Positions 51,949-59,713 are shown, numbered from the stretch's first letter. The stretch: DNA of 64,000 bases from an uncultured virus (IMG/VR IMGVR_UViG_3300025000_000004) (IMGVR_UViG_3300025000_000004), one strand, 5' to 3'. The notes: generated from the sequence alone by a model not told the origin. Made by a program: numbers and translations.

Positions 51949-52106
51949 AAATTATAGAGAAACCGATAAGACTGTCTTTGTTTATACAAATCCTAAATTT
52001 GTTGCCTGTACCAATTCGGCTATTCCCCCAGTTATTATTAATTAGCGGGGGAACTTGGACTCGAACCAAGAAATCGAAGTAAGTCTCATTCTTACTACTA
52101 TAATTT
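51949..52106 (-). ncRNA. Y-like RNA C: circularly permuted tRNA-Leu(UAG)-like domain joined to the conserved helix at the variable arm
   Basis: Order: AAATTATAG stem, motif, T-arm (CTTGG TTCGAGT CCAAG), TTCCCCC, loop, GGGGGAA, D-arm, ACAAA TTTAGGA TTTGT, AGTCTT, CTATAATTT. Confidence 0.75.
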
Positions 52107-52108
52107 AG

Positions 52109-52257
52109 TGGGGGAGGCTGGAATCGAACCAACTTTTTCATTTTTCAAGATGAAAGGTTTACCTACGAAGTAACTCTCAAAATCACAACTTGTCAACGAC
52201 CCGGTAAGTCCCGGTCTAAAGAGAAAACTCTCAAGAGTGTTTTCAAATTACTCCCCC
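52109..52257 (-). ncRNA. Y-like RNA D: tRNA-like (UGA-type loop) with the conserved helix inserted in place of the D-arm
   Basis: GGGGGAG/CTCCCCC acceptor, GTTGG TTCGATT CCAGC T-arm, TTTCAT/ATGAAA anticodon stem; insert ACTCTT..hairpin..GAGAGTTACTTCG. Confidence 0.7.
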
Positions 52258-52290
52258 GTTTTATTATTTAAAAGAACATGTCAGAAAAAA

Positions 52291-52389
52291 GAAAGAAAAA
52301 AGAAAGAAAAGTGGAAGAGACTGGTTTCTATTAAAGATTTACAAGCTTTTTACGAAGTAAGTCTCTTCCTTACTATTCTTTTTTCTTTC
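52291..52389 (-). ncRNA. Y-like RNA E: conserved helix with no tRNA domain
   Basis: 14-bp GAAAGAAAAAAGAA/TTCTTTTTTCTTTC stem, TAGTAA/ACTTTTCT internal element, GGAAGAGACT/AGTCTCTTCC, TACTTCG; starts just after a promoter. Confidence 0.7.
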
Positions 52390-52394
52390 ATGTA

Positions 52395-52426
52395 CAAATG
52401 TAATATATTAGATTGGATAATCCAAA
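52395..52426 (-). promoter_or_regulatory. Bacteroidota-type promoter driving the Y-like RNA cluster
   Basis: Minus strand TTTG-N20-TACATTTG immediately after the TROVE stop codon. Confidence 0.75.
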
Positions 52427-52429
52427 CTA

Positions 52430-54073
52430 TTATATCACAATTTTTTCAATCTCCTCAACGATTGCTTTATAACCAGCTGTACCTGATGATATTACATCGA
52501 AGATTTTTTCACTCCATCCAGCAATCTGAGTTACGTTTAGATTCTTGTTGAAGACTGTAGTTCCGCTTGTCTGGTGAATATCGACAGAAACAACTTTGAT
52601 ACGAGGATAAAGCTTTCTGAATTCAGAAAACATTTTCTGGAAGCTACCTGAATGATCACCACTACTATGTAATCCATACCATCTGTTGTTCTCACCTATG
52701 ACCATATCAGAGAAAACTATGATGTTATCTACTGGTTTCTTGTCACGGATAAGTTCTCTGAAGAATGTGTAAACACCCTGCTCTGTTCCTCCACCGCATT
52801 CACGACCTTTCTGATACATACGTCTGGTTGTTTGAAGAATTCCTTCTTCTCTGTTAACAGTAAAAGGTAATAGTCTGTCTCCAAATAGTCCAACGTATAC
52901 ACTTGGTTGCTTTGAAAGTAACATTGCTGCAAACACATCTGCGATATCTACACTTGTAGTCTTAGATAAAGCTGATACTAAGCTGCTGCCACCACCATCA
53001 CCTCTCATTGAACCTGAGTGATCAATAAGGATTGCTGTTCTTCCTTCCAGTTCAGGAATATTTGCACAAGAGAGTTCGATTGCTTTTTCAATAGCTGGTA
53101 AAAGCTTTTTTTTGATCGCTTCAAGTTCAGTAGTATTTACCTCTCTTGTTTTGATCTCATCTTCAAATACGATAGAAGATTTATCAGCTTTAGCCGATGC
53201 TTTTAGCATCTCAATCTCATTGTATGCGGACAGGAATCTGAATGGAAGCAGTCTGGACTTCTGAATAGTCTCAGGATTAGTAAGCTGACGTATCGCTTCA
53301 TCAACACTGTCAGGTGCAGAGAGAACAATGTTTCTCAGGTTTCTTAACAGGTTAAAGATAGGCATACCTTTAACGTTATCAAGAACTGATTCGATTGCTT
53401 CTTTCTTAGCTTCCTGAACCTTCTCTTTCGATACAGTACCAGCTTTACTCATTTCTTTTTCAAGAATCTTTGAGCTGTATAGCTTATCAAGTCCCTTACC
53501 ATCTTTAGTCATTAACAGTTTGAACGCTTCAGCATTCTTCTGTGTTGCTTTAGGACGAAACAGGTTAACAAGATCAATCAGACTTATACTACGACCTGAC
53601 ATCTTATACTTATCAATAAGATAAGGATCAAGAGTCTCAAGTTTGGCTTTAAAGCCTTTTCTGATAGCGTTGGAAAATGCTTTCTGTTTCATTACGTTCT
53701 TGTAATAGGAAACAATTTCCGACATGTCATCAGGTCTTACGAGTACTTTCGTATAGAACCTCTTCGCCCATTCTTCTCCACCTATTCTTGGAGCAAGTTC
53801 TCCAGCCAGAAGATGAGAAACAGTTCTCATGTTAGCTTCGGTTCTTGCGTAGATTGCGGTTTTTGCAACGAACAAAGGATCACAGGCTAATGCAGCGTTC
53901 TTAATTCTTTCTACAATTGCCTTTTCAGACTCATAGTAAGACTTCTGAACGAATGTAGTTAGTACTGTTGATACAAGTTCTTCTTTTGGGTCAAGTTTAT
54001 ACGCTTTTTCACCCATAGCGTTTGTCTCAGTAGGAAGATGAGTTCCCACTTTCTTTTCATTGAACTTTGCCAT
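52430..54073 (-). CDS. rsr: Ro60/TROVE domain ribonucleoprotein with vWA domain
   Basis: N-terminal GEKAY..PKEEL, YARTEANMR, RPDDM, LLRNLRNI and SRLLPFRF TROVE motifs; MIDAS DHSGS; FSDM; IAGWSEKIF. Confidence 0.92.
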   Translation of the reverse strand: MAKFNEKKVGTHLPTETNAMGEKAYKLDPKEELVSTVLTTFVQKSYYESEKAIVERIKNAALACDPLFVAKTAIYARTEANMRTVSHLLAGELAPRIGGEEWAKRFYTKVLVRPDDMSEIVSYYKNVMKQKAFSNAIRKGFKAKLETLDPYLIDKYKMSGRSISLIDLVNLFRPKATQKNAEAFKLLMTKDGKGLDKLYSSKILEKEMSKAGTVSKEKVQEAKKEAIESVLDNVKGMPIFNLLRNLRNIVLSAPDSVDEAIRQLTNPETIQKSRLLPFRFLSAYNEIEMLKASAKADKSSIVFEDEIKTREVNTTELEAIKKKLLPAIEKAIELSCANIPELEGRTAILIDHSGSMRGDGGGSSLVSALSKTTSVDIADVFAAMLLSKQPSVYVGLFGDRLLPFTVNREEGILQTTRRMYQKGRECGGGTEQGVYTFFRELIRDKKPVDNIIVFSDMVIGENNRWYGLHSSGDHSGSFQKMFSEFRKLYPRIKVVSVDIHQTSGTTVFNKNLNVTQIAGWSEKIFDVISSGTAGYKAIVEEIEKIVI

Positions 54074-54116
54074 TTAATTAAAGTTTAAGTTACTACTAAT
54101 TTATAATTAGAGAAAA

Positions 54117-54716
54117 TCATCTGTTTCGTTTGTTAACTCGCATGTGATCCGCTTTAATCTTAGGAATGTGATTTATATAAACCACGTTTCTTAATTTTTC
54201 TTCCGATGTCAGTTTTTCACTCACACGTTCGTATTCAGGAGAATCCAACCACTCTTCATATTGCATACTCCCTCTCGTATTATTACATTTCTTACAGGAC
54301 GTAATCAGATTGTCATCTATTGATGGACCTCCTTCTTCCCACAGCACAATATGATCTACTGTAAGAGGAACATGGTCATTGCCACAATAACGACATTTGT
54401 ATCCATCACGCCTGAATACTGCCCAAGACACACTAAGATCTATCTGTCGTGTTGATTTACGAACAATAATCTTTTTATTTGAGTCTCCTGAGACTATTTC
54501 TGTTTCAAGAAGATCAGACTGTCTTACGATTTTATTCCACTCTTCAAGAGTAGGAGTTAAAATCTTCATCATTGTCGGTTCTTCCTGTGCTGGTAACATT
54601 ATCATAAAGTCCTCACTTGTATTACCATAGAGTACTCCTTTAATCTCTAATGAGTTACCTATTTTTAATAGATCAAAGTCTTCAAATTTCATTTTACTGT
54701 TCGATTTTAATTTCAC
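54117..54716 (-). CDS. HNH endonuclease
   Basis: VFRRDGYKCRYCG..LTVDHIV..GG..DNLITSCKKCNNTRG. Confidence 0.88.
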   Translation of the reverse strand: MKLKSNSKMKFEDFDLLKIGNSLEIKGVLYGNTSEDFMIMLPAQEEPTMMKILTPTLEEWNKIVRQSDLLETEIVSGDSNKKIIVRKSTRQIDLSVSWAVFRRDGYKCRYCGNDHVPLTVDHIVLWEEGGPSIDDNLITSCKKCNNTRGSMQYEEWLDSPEYERVSEKLTSEEKLRNVVYINHIPKIKADHMRVNKRNR

Positions 54717-55797
54717 CTTGGTTAATTACTACTTTACCTGTTTTGAGCAGAATATTAGTAGAATCACCTTCGATCAATCTTCCACTACGATAGAAGATAA
54801 CAAAATCACCCTCATATATTCTTGCACCTTGTTGCCAGTATCCATTTTGTTTTACCAGTACAGGATCAAAACCGACTGCCCAATAATCTGACATAGCTAT
54901 ACCCATATCAAATTCTGTAGGAGTACCCCATTGAAGCCTGAATCGGGGAGCAAAATTAATAAAATCCTTGAAATTAGGATTCATTACTTGTGAATGTGTA
55001 TCATATCCCATCTCTCGCCACTGCGTAAGAGTCTTCTGTACTCCTGCTACTATAAAGAGAGGTTCTCCTTTTTCACACCAAAATATATTATAATCACTTT
55101 CAAATCCTTGTAAACAAGCTGTATCCATAACATTTATGTTATAGATACGATTCTTGGTATAGAAGATGTTATTCTTGATCTTGACATACTTTGCATCTGC
55201 AACTGGATTATCATTCTTATACACATCAATTAATCCACGCCAAGTTCCAATACCCGGAGATACGTAAGTAGAATCTTCTGAGTAAAATGTATTATTGTAA
55301 ATTCTTACTCCATTCATTCCTTTTACAACTACTCCTACAGCAGGTGGACTTACTATTATATTATAAGCTACTACCCCTGTAGAATCAGTCATTCCATCAC
55401 TCTTACGAATAATTCCCATTGGAACATGATCAAGGTAATTATACATTATACGAGCATTTGCTTCGTATCCTGTAAAGATACCATGTGTTATAGTGTTCGC
55501 ATTCTGATCTCCTGTCCAGACAAACTTATTACCAGTAATTAAACTGTTAGGAAGAGTATTAACGTATTCTGGATAAATGTTAGTCTCTACTCCTGCCTGA
55601 AGAAGATATCCTCCTGTATTACATGCTTCTACATAGTTATTCTTGAACACAAATGTAGCAAGTTCTCCACGTGGAATACTAATGCCGTTTACGTTTGTAC
55701 AAAGAGTATCTATATATCTTTGACCTTCATAGGTTAAAGTAATTTGACCAAATAAAACAGAAGGGAACAAGAATAATAGTATCAGCAATTTTTTCAT
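54694..55797 (-). CDS. Secreted right-handed beta-helix protein
   Basis: MKKLLILLFLFPSVLFGQ signal peptide; IYNNTF, IKNNIF, SDYNIF repeats; TLTQWREMGYDTHS. Confidence 0.65.
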   Translation of the reverse strand: MKKLLILLFLFPSVLFGQITLTYEGQRYIDTLCTNVNGISIPRGELATFVFKNNYVEACNTGGYLLQAGVETNIYPEYVNTLPNSLITGNKFVWTGDQNANTITHGIFTGYEANARIMYNYLDHVPMGIIRKSDGMTDSTGVVAYNIIVSPPAVGVVVKGMNGVRIYNNTFYSEDSTYVSPGIGTWRGLIDVYKNDNPVADAKYVKIKNNIFYTKNRIYNINVMDTACLQGFESDYNIFWCEKGEPLFIVAGVQKTLTQWREMGYDTHSQVMNPNFKDFINFAPRFRLQWGTPTEFDMGIAMSDYWAVGFDPVLVKQNGYWQQGARIYEGDFVIFYRSGRLIEGDSTNILLKTGKVVINQGEIKIEQ

Positions 55798-56378
55798 TTT
55801 ACAATGTATGAATCATTATTACTTGCAAATATGAATGTACGACCTCCATATCCTGTTTTGGCATGACCCGGAGAAGTTAGTATTGATAGAACTTTTTCAT
55901 CATATTGTCCTATCGGGCGTTGATCTTCTGGAATTCCTGCTGCTTCCCAATCAAAATTAGTATCAAAATATTGTTCTTGTTCAGCTAACATTCTATCTGC
56001 TGCATCATACATACTGTTTATCTTCAGCCAATTATCAGTAAGAAGATTACCTGTCGGAGTAATTGTAGGAGGTTGATTGTCTTTTAATGTAACTAAAAAA
56101 CTTACTTCAGTAAAAAGATCAAAGACATCAGTTGCTCTGATTGTAACAATTACTTCAGGATTTGCGATAGTTAATACAGTTCCTATTGCAGGAGTTTGTG
56201 TGATAGATTTTATACTGCAATTATCTTCCACTATGACATACTCATCTGTAGTATAATCAGGAAGAACAGCTTCACAATTCTGATTCACAAAAAGATATTG
56301 TGGAGGAATTTGTGCTATTAAGCACGTGCAACTGCTTGCAAGCAGCATTACGATTGTTAAAATAAATAGTTTTCTCAT
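55794..56378 (-). CDS. Secreted protein with HYR/Ig-like domain
   Basis: Signal peptide; CEAVLPDY..DNCS..TQTPAIG..VTIRATD..DNQPPTIT. Confidence 0.6.
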   Translation of the reverse strand: MRKLFILTIVMLLASSCTCLIAQIPPQYLFVNQNCEAVLPDYTTDEYVIVEDNCSIKSITQTPAIGTVLTIANPEVIVTIRATDVFDLFTEVSFLVTLKDNQPPTITPTGNLLTDNWLKINSMYDAADRMLAEQEQYFDTNFDWEAAGIPEDQRPIGQYDEKVLSILTSPGHAKTGYGGRTFIFASNNDSYIVK

Positions 56379-56404
56379 AATTGAACAGATTTAATTTATT
56401 AAAT

Positions 56405-56478
56405 TGGTCGCCCCACCAAGACTCGAACTTGAACTCTGAGATCCAAAATCTCATATGCTACCATTACATAATAGGGCA
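56405..56478 (-). tRNA. trnQ: tRNA-Gln(TTG), encoded CCA
   Basis: Cloverleaf; anticodon loop TTTTGGA. Confidence 0.88.
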
Positions 56479-56479
56479 G

Positions 56480-56554
56480 TGCTCAAGGATGGATTTGAAC
56501 CACCGACTCCGAACTTATCAGATTCGTACTCTAACCAAGCTGAGTTACATGAGC
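56480..56554 (-). tRNA. trnI: tRNA-Ile(GAT)
   Basis: Cloverleaf; loop CTGATAA. Confidence 0.9.
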
Positions 56555-56565
56555 ATATTCAGACG

Positions 56566-56817
56566 TTATTCGATCTTCATTGTTTTAAGATCGAATCTTT
56601 TGTATCTTCTTTTTTCATATTCTTCAATCGGAACATTGAATACACTATATAATGCATAAAATGCAACGATAAAACCATGAATAAAGAAAATGACCCGTAA
56701 TAGTTTCCAATTTACTTGAGTTATATCTTCATTAAATATCAAAATTAAACCGAATAATCCAATTAATATTGAAGTTATGAAGATAAAGAACCAAAATAAC
56801 ATTTTTGTTGTTGTCAT
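56566..56817 (-). CDS. Small membrane protein
   Basis: Two TM segments. Confidence 0.5.
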   Translation of the reverse strand: MTTTKMLFWFFIFITSILIGLFGLILIFNEDITQVNWKLLRVIFFIHGFIVAFYALYSVFNVPIEEYEKRRYKRFDLKTMKIE

Positions 56818-56829
56818 TTCTCTTGTATT

Positions 56830-57081
56830 TTAGTGATTACAATCATTCATGTAAAAATCTATTTGACCATCGGCATGTTTTAAAAGATCCTTAAGTCTTT
56901 CGACTTCCTCTTTAAGTTCATTTCTCTGCTGAAGTAGCTCTGTACTTCTAAGAACAGTATAGGCTTCCATAGCATCAAGTGCAACACCAATAGATACTAA
57001 ATGTAAAGGGCAAATTATCTGGCTCATGCTCTTATGCCTTTGAAGTAATTCCTCTGCCTGTTTTCTTTCTTCTGTTGTCAT
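56830..57081 (-). CDS. Hypothetical coiled-coil protein
   Basis: 83 aa ORF. Confidence 0.5.
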   Translation of the reverse strand: MTTEERKQAEELLQRHKSMSQIICPLHLVSIGVALDAMEAYTVLRSTELLQQRNELKEEVERLKDLLKHADGQIDFYMNDCNH

Positions 57082-57191
57082 TTTAACATCCGTTTTTTAT
57101 TGCAAGTATAGCAAACACTACTATTATAGCTATTACACAACCTATAACTACATTTGCTTGGAATTGTCCGTTATCAATATACTTTATCTCT

Positions 57192-57407
57192 TTAACGTTT
57201 TGAATTATACACTTTATTATTTTTCTCACGCCATTGATTATCCCACATATCACGATATGTATTACATCCGCAAGATTGATTGCTTTTTGGCATTATCATA
57301 TTCTTACCTTGTGGATAACGGGAATAATAAGGTTGATATGCATTCTTACTACAGCTTGAAGCTACCAGTAAAAAAAGAACGAAGAGAATAGTAATCGTTT
57401 TCTTCAT
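57192..57407 (-). CDS. Small lipoprotein
   Basis: MKKTITILFVLFLLVASSC lipobox-like signal. Confidence 0.55.
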   Translation of the reverse strand: MKKTITILFVLFLLVASSCSKNAYQPYYSRYPQGKNMIMPKSNQSCGCNTYRDMWDNQWREKNNKVYNSKR

Positions 57408-57438
57408 AGTATTGATTTTAATTATAACTTTATTATAG

Positions 57439-57511
57439 CGGAACGTGAGAGACTCGAACTCTAACCACCTGCGTGACAGGCAGGGATACTAACCATTATA
57501 CGACACGCTCC
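57439..57511 (-). tRNA. trnD: tRNA-Asp(GTC)
   Basis: Cloverleaf; CCTGC CTGTCAC GCAGG. Confidence 0.88.
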
Positions 57512-57515
57512 ATTG

Positions 57516-57588
57516 CACACTGGGAACGGCTCGAACATTCGACCTTCTGTTTTGGAGACAGACATTCTACCAACTGAACTACCAGTGC
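57516..57588 (-). tRNA. trnW: tRNA-Trp(CCA)
   Basis: Cloverleaf; TCTGT CTCCAAA ACAGA. Confidence 0.9.
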
Positions 57589-57593
57589 GTTAG

Positions 57594-57667
57594 TTGACCC
57601 TACCGGGAATGATCCGATGATCCCCTGATTATGAGTCAGGTGCTTTAACCGTCTAAGCTAAGGGTCA
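57594..57667 (-). tRNA. tRNA(CAT), probably Ile2 (lysidine) rather than Met
   Basis: CCTGA CTCATAA TCAGG; atypical T-loop ATCATTC; the operon leader has two ATA codons (inference). Confidence 0.75.
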
Positions 57668-57671
57668 ATAG

Positions 57672-57743
57672 CGGACACAGAAGGAGTCGAACCTACGACC
57701 AATTGGTTAACAGCCAACTGCTCTACCTCTGAGCTATGTGTCC
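57672..57743 (-). tRNA. trnN: tRNA-Asn(GTT)
   Basis: Cloverleaf; loop CTGTTAA. Confidence 0.9.
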
Positions 57744-57749
57744 TTTATA

Positions 57750-57968
57750 TTATCTATCAAGCAATCCAACTATTATCTGAGCAAAAATTATTATTAGTAA
57801 CATCAACAACATAAGTCCTATTGCTAACCCAAGAGGTAACCAAATAGGAGAAAATACCCACCACCAAGAAATATCAATTACATGTGTAAGTTTAAGAACT
57901 ATTAACACTATTGTAACCAATGTCATTGATGGACCAAAATTAATGTTTACTGCTTCTTTGTTGCTCAT
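57750..57968 (-). CDS. Small membrane protein
   Basis: LIVLKLTHVIDISWWWVFSPIW; two TM segments. Confidence 0.6.
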   Translation of the reverse strand: MSNKEAVNINFGPSMTLVTIVLIVLKLTHVIDISWWWVFSPIWLPLGLAIGLMLLMLLIIIFAQIIVGLLDR

Positions 57969-58275
57969 TGTTCTGAGGTTTTAAATGGTCATCACTATAT
58001 GCTCCTAACCATTTCTCTATTCTCATTGATAATTTTACTCCTGAGAGTGAACCTGCAACCGTTCCTAATACATAAGGAACAAATAGCATCCAGTTCATAT
58101 CAGATAGAACGAGTTCACGAAAGGTTAAGAACCAAATTGTATTCGAGAACGTTGCAGCGATAAGATGATATGTCATGTTATTTCTGTTTCTGCTTCTCGA
58201 TACTATACTAAAACTTACATTCTGTATATATGCAAGTATAAGAATTTTTATTGAGGAATAGATCATGTTATACAA
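57940..58275 (-). CDS. Small membrane protein
   Basis: Three hydrophobic segments; YVLGTVAGSLSG. Confidence 0.55.
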   Translation of the reverse strand: MYNMIYSSIKILILAYIQNVSFSIVSRSRNRNNMTYHLIAATFSNTIWFLTFRELVLSDMNWMLFVPYVLGTVAGSLSGVKLSMRIEKWLGAYSDDHLKPQNNEQQRSSKH

Positions 58276-58505
58276 ATTGCGTTAACATCTGCTTTATCTA
58301 TCTCCCCGTCTCCCAACATATTAATGGTGACGATAACATCATCGTTTCTGTCAGAAGATTCAATCTTACAAAGAGTTGGTTCATAATGAACCTTCTTGTA
58401 ATCATTTCCCTCGTCATCAGTTGAAAAGACTACTTCCATATCTTCACGATTAGAAATATCTTTCGTATGATGTTCGATTGCTTTTAAAAATTGTCCTAAA
58501 TTCAT
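58263..58505 (-). CDS. Hypothetical protein (start revised; the track start lies upstream, across the tRNA)
   Basis: MNLGQFL..STDDEGN..NAICIT; ATG at 58505, downstream of tRNA-Ala. Confidence 0.55.
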   Translation of the reverse strand: MNLGQFLKAIEHHTKDISNREDMEVVFSTDDEGNDYKKVHYEPTLCKIESSDRNDDVIVTINMLGDGEIDKADVNAICIT

Positions 58506-58528
58506 AATGTCAAAGAGCATTAAATTAG

Positions 58529-58601
58529 TGGAGTTGAAGGGATTTGAACCCTTATCCTTCACAGTGCAAGTGTGACGCTCAACCAGTTGAGCTACAACCC
58601 C
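58529..58601 (-). tRNA. trnA: tRNA-Ala(TGC)
   Basis: Cloverleaf; G3:U70 pair; loop CTTGCAC. Confidence 0.9.
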
Positions 58602-58605
58602 ATAA

Positions 58606-58717
58606 AGTATAGAAGACAGAATATCGTTCCCCATCAGTGCAAAGCCTCAGCAATTGACCACTTGCATAATGAAATCCTTCGAGGCGATGGACGAATTGCT
58701 CACTCATCTTCTATACT
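58606..58717 (-). ncRNA. Unidentified structured (pseudoknot-capable) RNA between tRNA-Val and tRNA-Ala
   Basis: 11-bp terminal stem AGTATAGAAGA/TCTTCTATACT; CCATC/GATGG; crossing GCCTC/GAGGC and TGCAA/TTGCA. Confidence 0.55.
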
Positions 58718-58794
58718 GGTGCTTCTTGCAGGATTTGAACCTACGACTTCCACCTTGTAAGGGTGGCACTTTCAACCAACTGAGTTAAAGAAGC
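58717..58794 (-). tRNA. trnV: tRNA-Val(TAC), encoded CCA
   Basis: Cloverleaf; CCACC CTTACAA GGTGG. Confidence 0.9.
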
Positions 58795-58826
58795 AATAAA
58801 AAACCCCTGACTTTTGATCAGGGGTT
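58795..58826 (-). terminator. Attenuator terminator of tRNA operon 2
   Basis: AACCCCTGA-TCAAAAG-TCAGGGGTT then TTTTATT, immediately before tRNA-Val. Confidence 0.8.
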
Positions 58827-58851
58827 CTATTTGACTAACATTCTTGTTCAG

Positions 58852-58926
58852 TTATAAATATAGAAATCCCCTGCCAGATCTTTGATCAGCTACTTGATTC
58901 CAAATATTTATGACTACTATGAGCAT
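58852..58926 (-). CDS. Leader peptide 2, MLIVVINIWNQVADQRSGRGFLYL (not in ORF track)
   Basis: ATG 58926 to TAA 58852, between promoter and terminator; its 3' end pairs with the terminator 5' arm. Confidence 0.7.
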   Translation of the reverse strand: MLIVVINIWNQVADQRSGRGFLYL

Positions 58927-58948
58927 TTCAATTCAATTGTTTAAGACG

Positions 58949-58980
58949 CAAATATATGTAATAGATATTTAATCTCCAAA
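58949..58980 (-). promoter_or_regulatory. Bacteroidota-type promoter of tRNA operon 2
   Basis: TTTG-N20-TATATTTG. Confidence 0.8.
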
Positions 58981-59712
58981 TTATCTGCGACCTTTTTCTT
59001 CAGGATAAAGATTTTTTACTGTATCAGACTGCCAATATTTTTTTGTGTAAACATCCATAAGAGTTAATTTACCTTCCCATCCTGCACCCTGATCAAGATT
59101 CCAGACATTGGAAACGTGAACTGGTTTAAGACTCTTATCTGCATAAGATGTAGTTGTATGACCAATAAATACTTCTTTATAACATTCTACTGTATTCTTG
59201 GCTTCATCAGGATGAGTTATATTGAAACTATGATGCATTGATGCTACAGTATACAAATGTCTATCCCACATTAAATCTCCCGGTAATTGTTCACTAATTG
59301 GATATTTCCAAGCAAATCCTCCATGTACAAACAGCATCCCATCAAATTCGTAATAGAAAACAGCTTTAGACAAGAATTTCTCGTGACGTTTAGCTATCTT
59401 ATTTCCTTCCTTTTTAAAGTGTCTGAGATATGCATCAATCGTAGCCTGACCTCCCTGGAGTGTCCATATAGCAGGGACATTACCAAACATAAACCACTGG
59501 TATAACCAATTGTCGTGATTACCCATAATATAGGTAAGATTCTTTATTTTAAGGAGTTCCTCAAAACATTCAGGAACTTCACTCCATCCATCGGCTACAT
59601 CACCAAGGCATATCAGAGTATCTTCTTTATAGTTAAAACTCGATAACTCAAGAACCTGCTTTAATGCTCTGTATGCACCATGTATGTCTCCTATTGCAAA
59701 TACTCTTTTCAT
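58981..59712 (-). CDS. Calcineurin-like metallophosphoesterase (lambda NinI/PrpA-like)
   Basis: GDIHG, LGDVADG, GNHD, FVHGG, GHT and LDQG motifs. Confidence 0.9.
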   Translation of the reverse strand: MKRVFAIGDIHGAYRALKQVLELSSFNYKEDTLICLGDVADGWSEVPECFEELLKIKNLTYIMGNHDNWLYQWFMFGNVPAIWTLQGGQATIDAYLRHFKKEGNKIAKRHEKFLSKAVFYYEFDGMLFVHGGFAWKYPISEQLPGDLMWDRHLYTVASMHHSFNITHPDEAKNTVECYKEVFIGHTTTSYADKSLKPVHVSNVWNLDQGAGWEGKLTLMDVYTKKYWQSDTVKNLYPEEKGRR

Positions 59713-59713
59713 A

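Noticed and set aside
51838..52365. Recurrent CGAAGTAA motif read as a CRISPR or direct-repeat array
   Set aside because: Irregular spacing, short degenerate repeat, compensatory partner strands and no cas genes; better explained as an RNA structural motif
52350..52391. Short ORF MKEKRIVRKRLTS after the Y-cluster promoter as a third attenuator leader
   Set aside because: It lies wholly within the Y-like helix and its codons do not match the downstream tRNAs; probably incidental
51653..52551. Track ORFs 51653..52141(-) and 52237..52551(+)
   Set aside because: They overlap tRNA and Y-like RNA structures or run antisense to TROVE, and have no protein-like features
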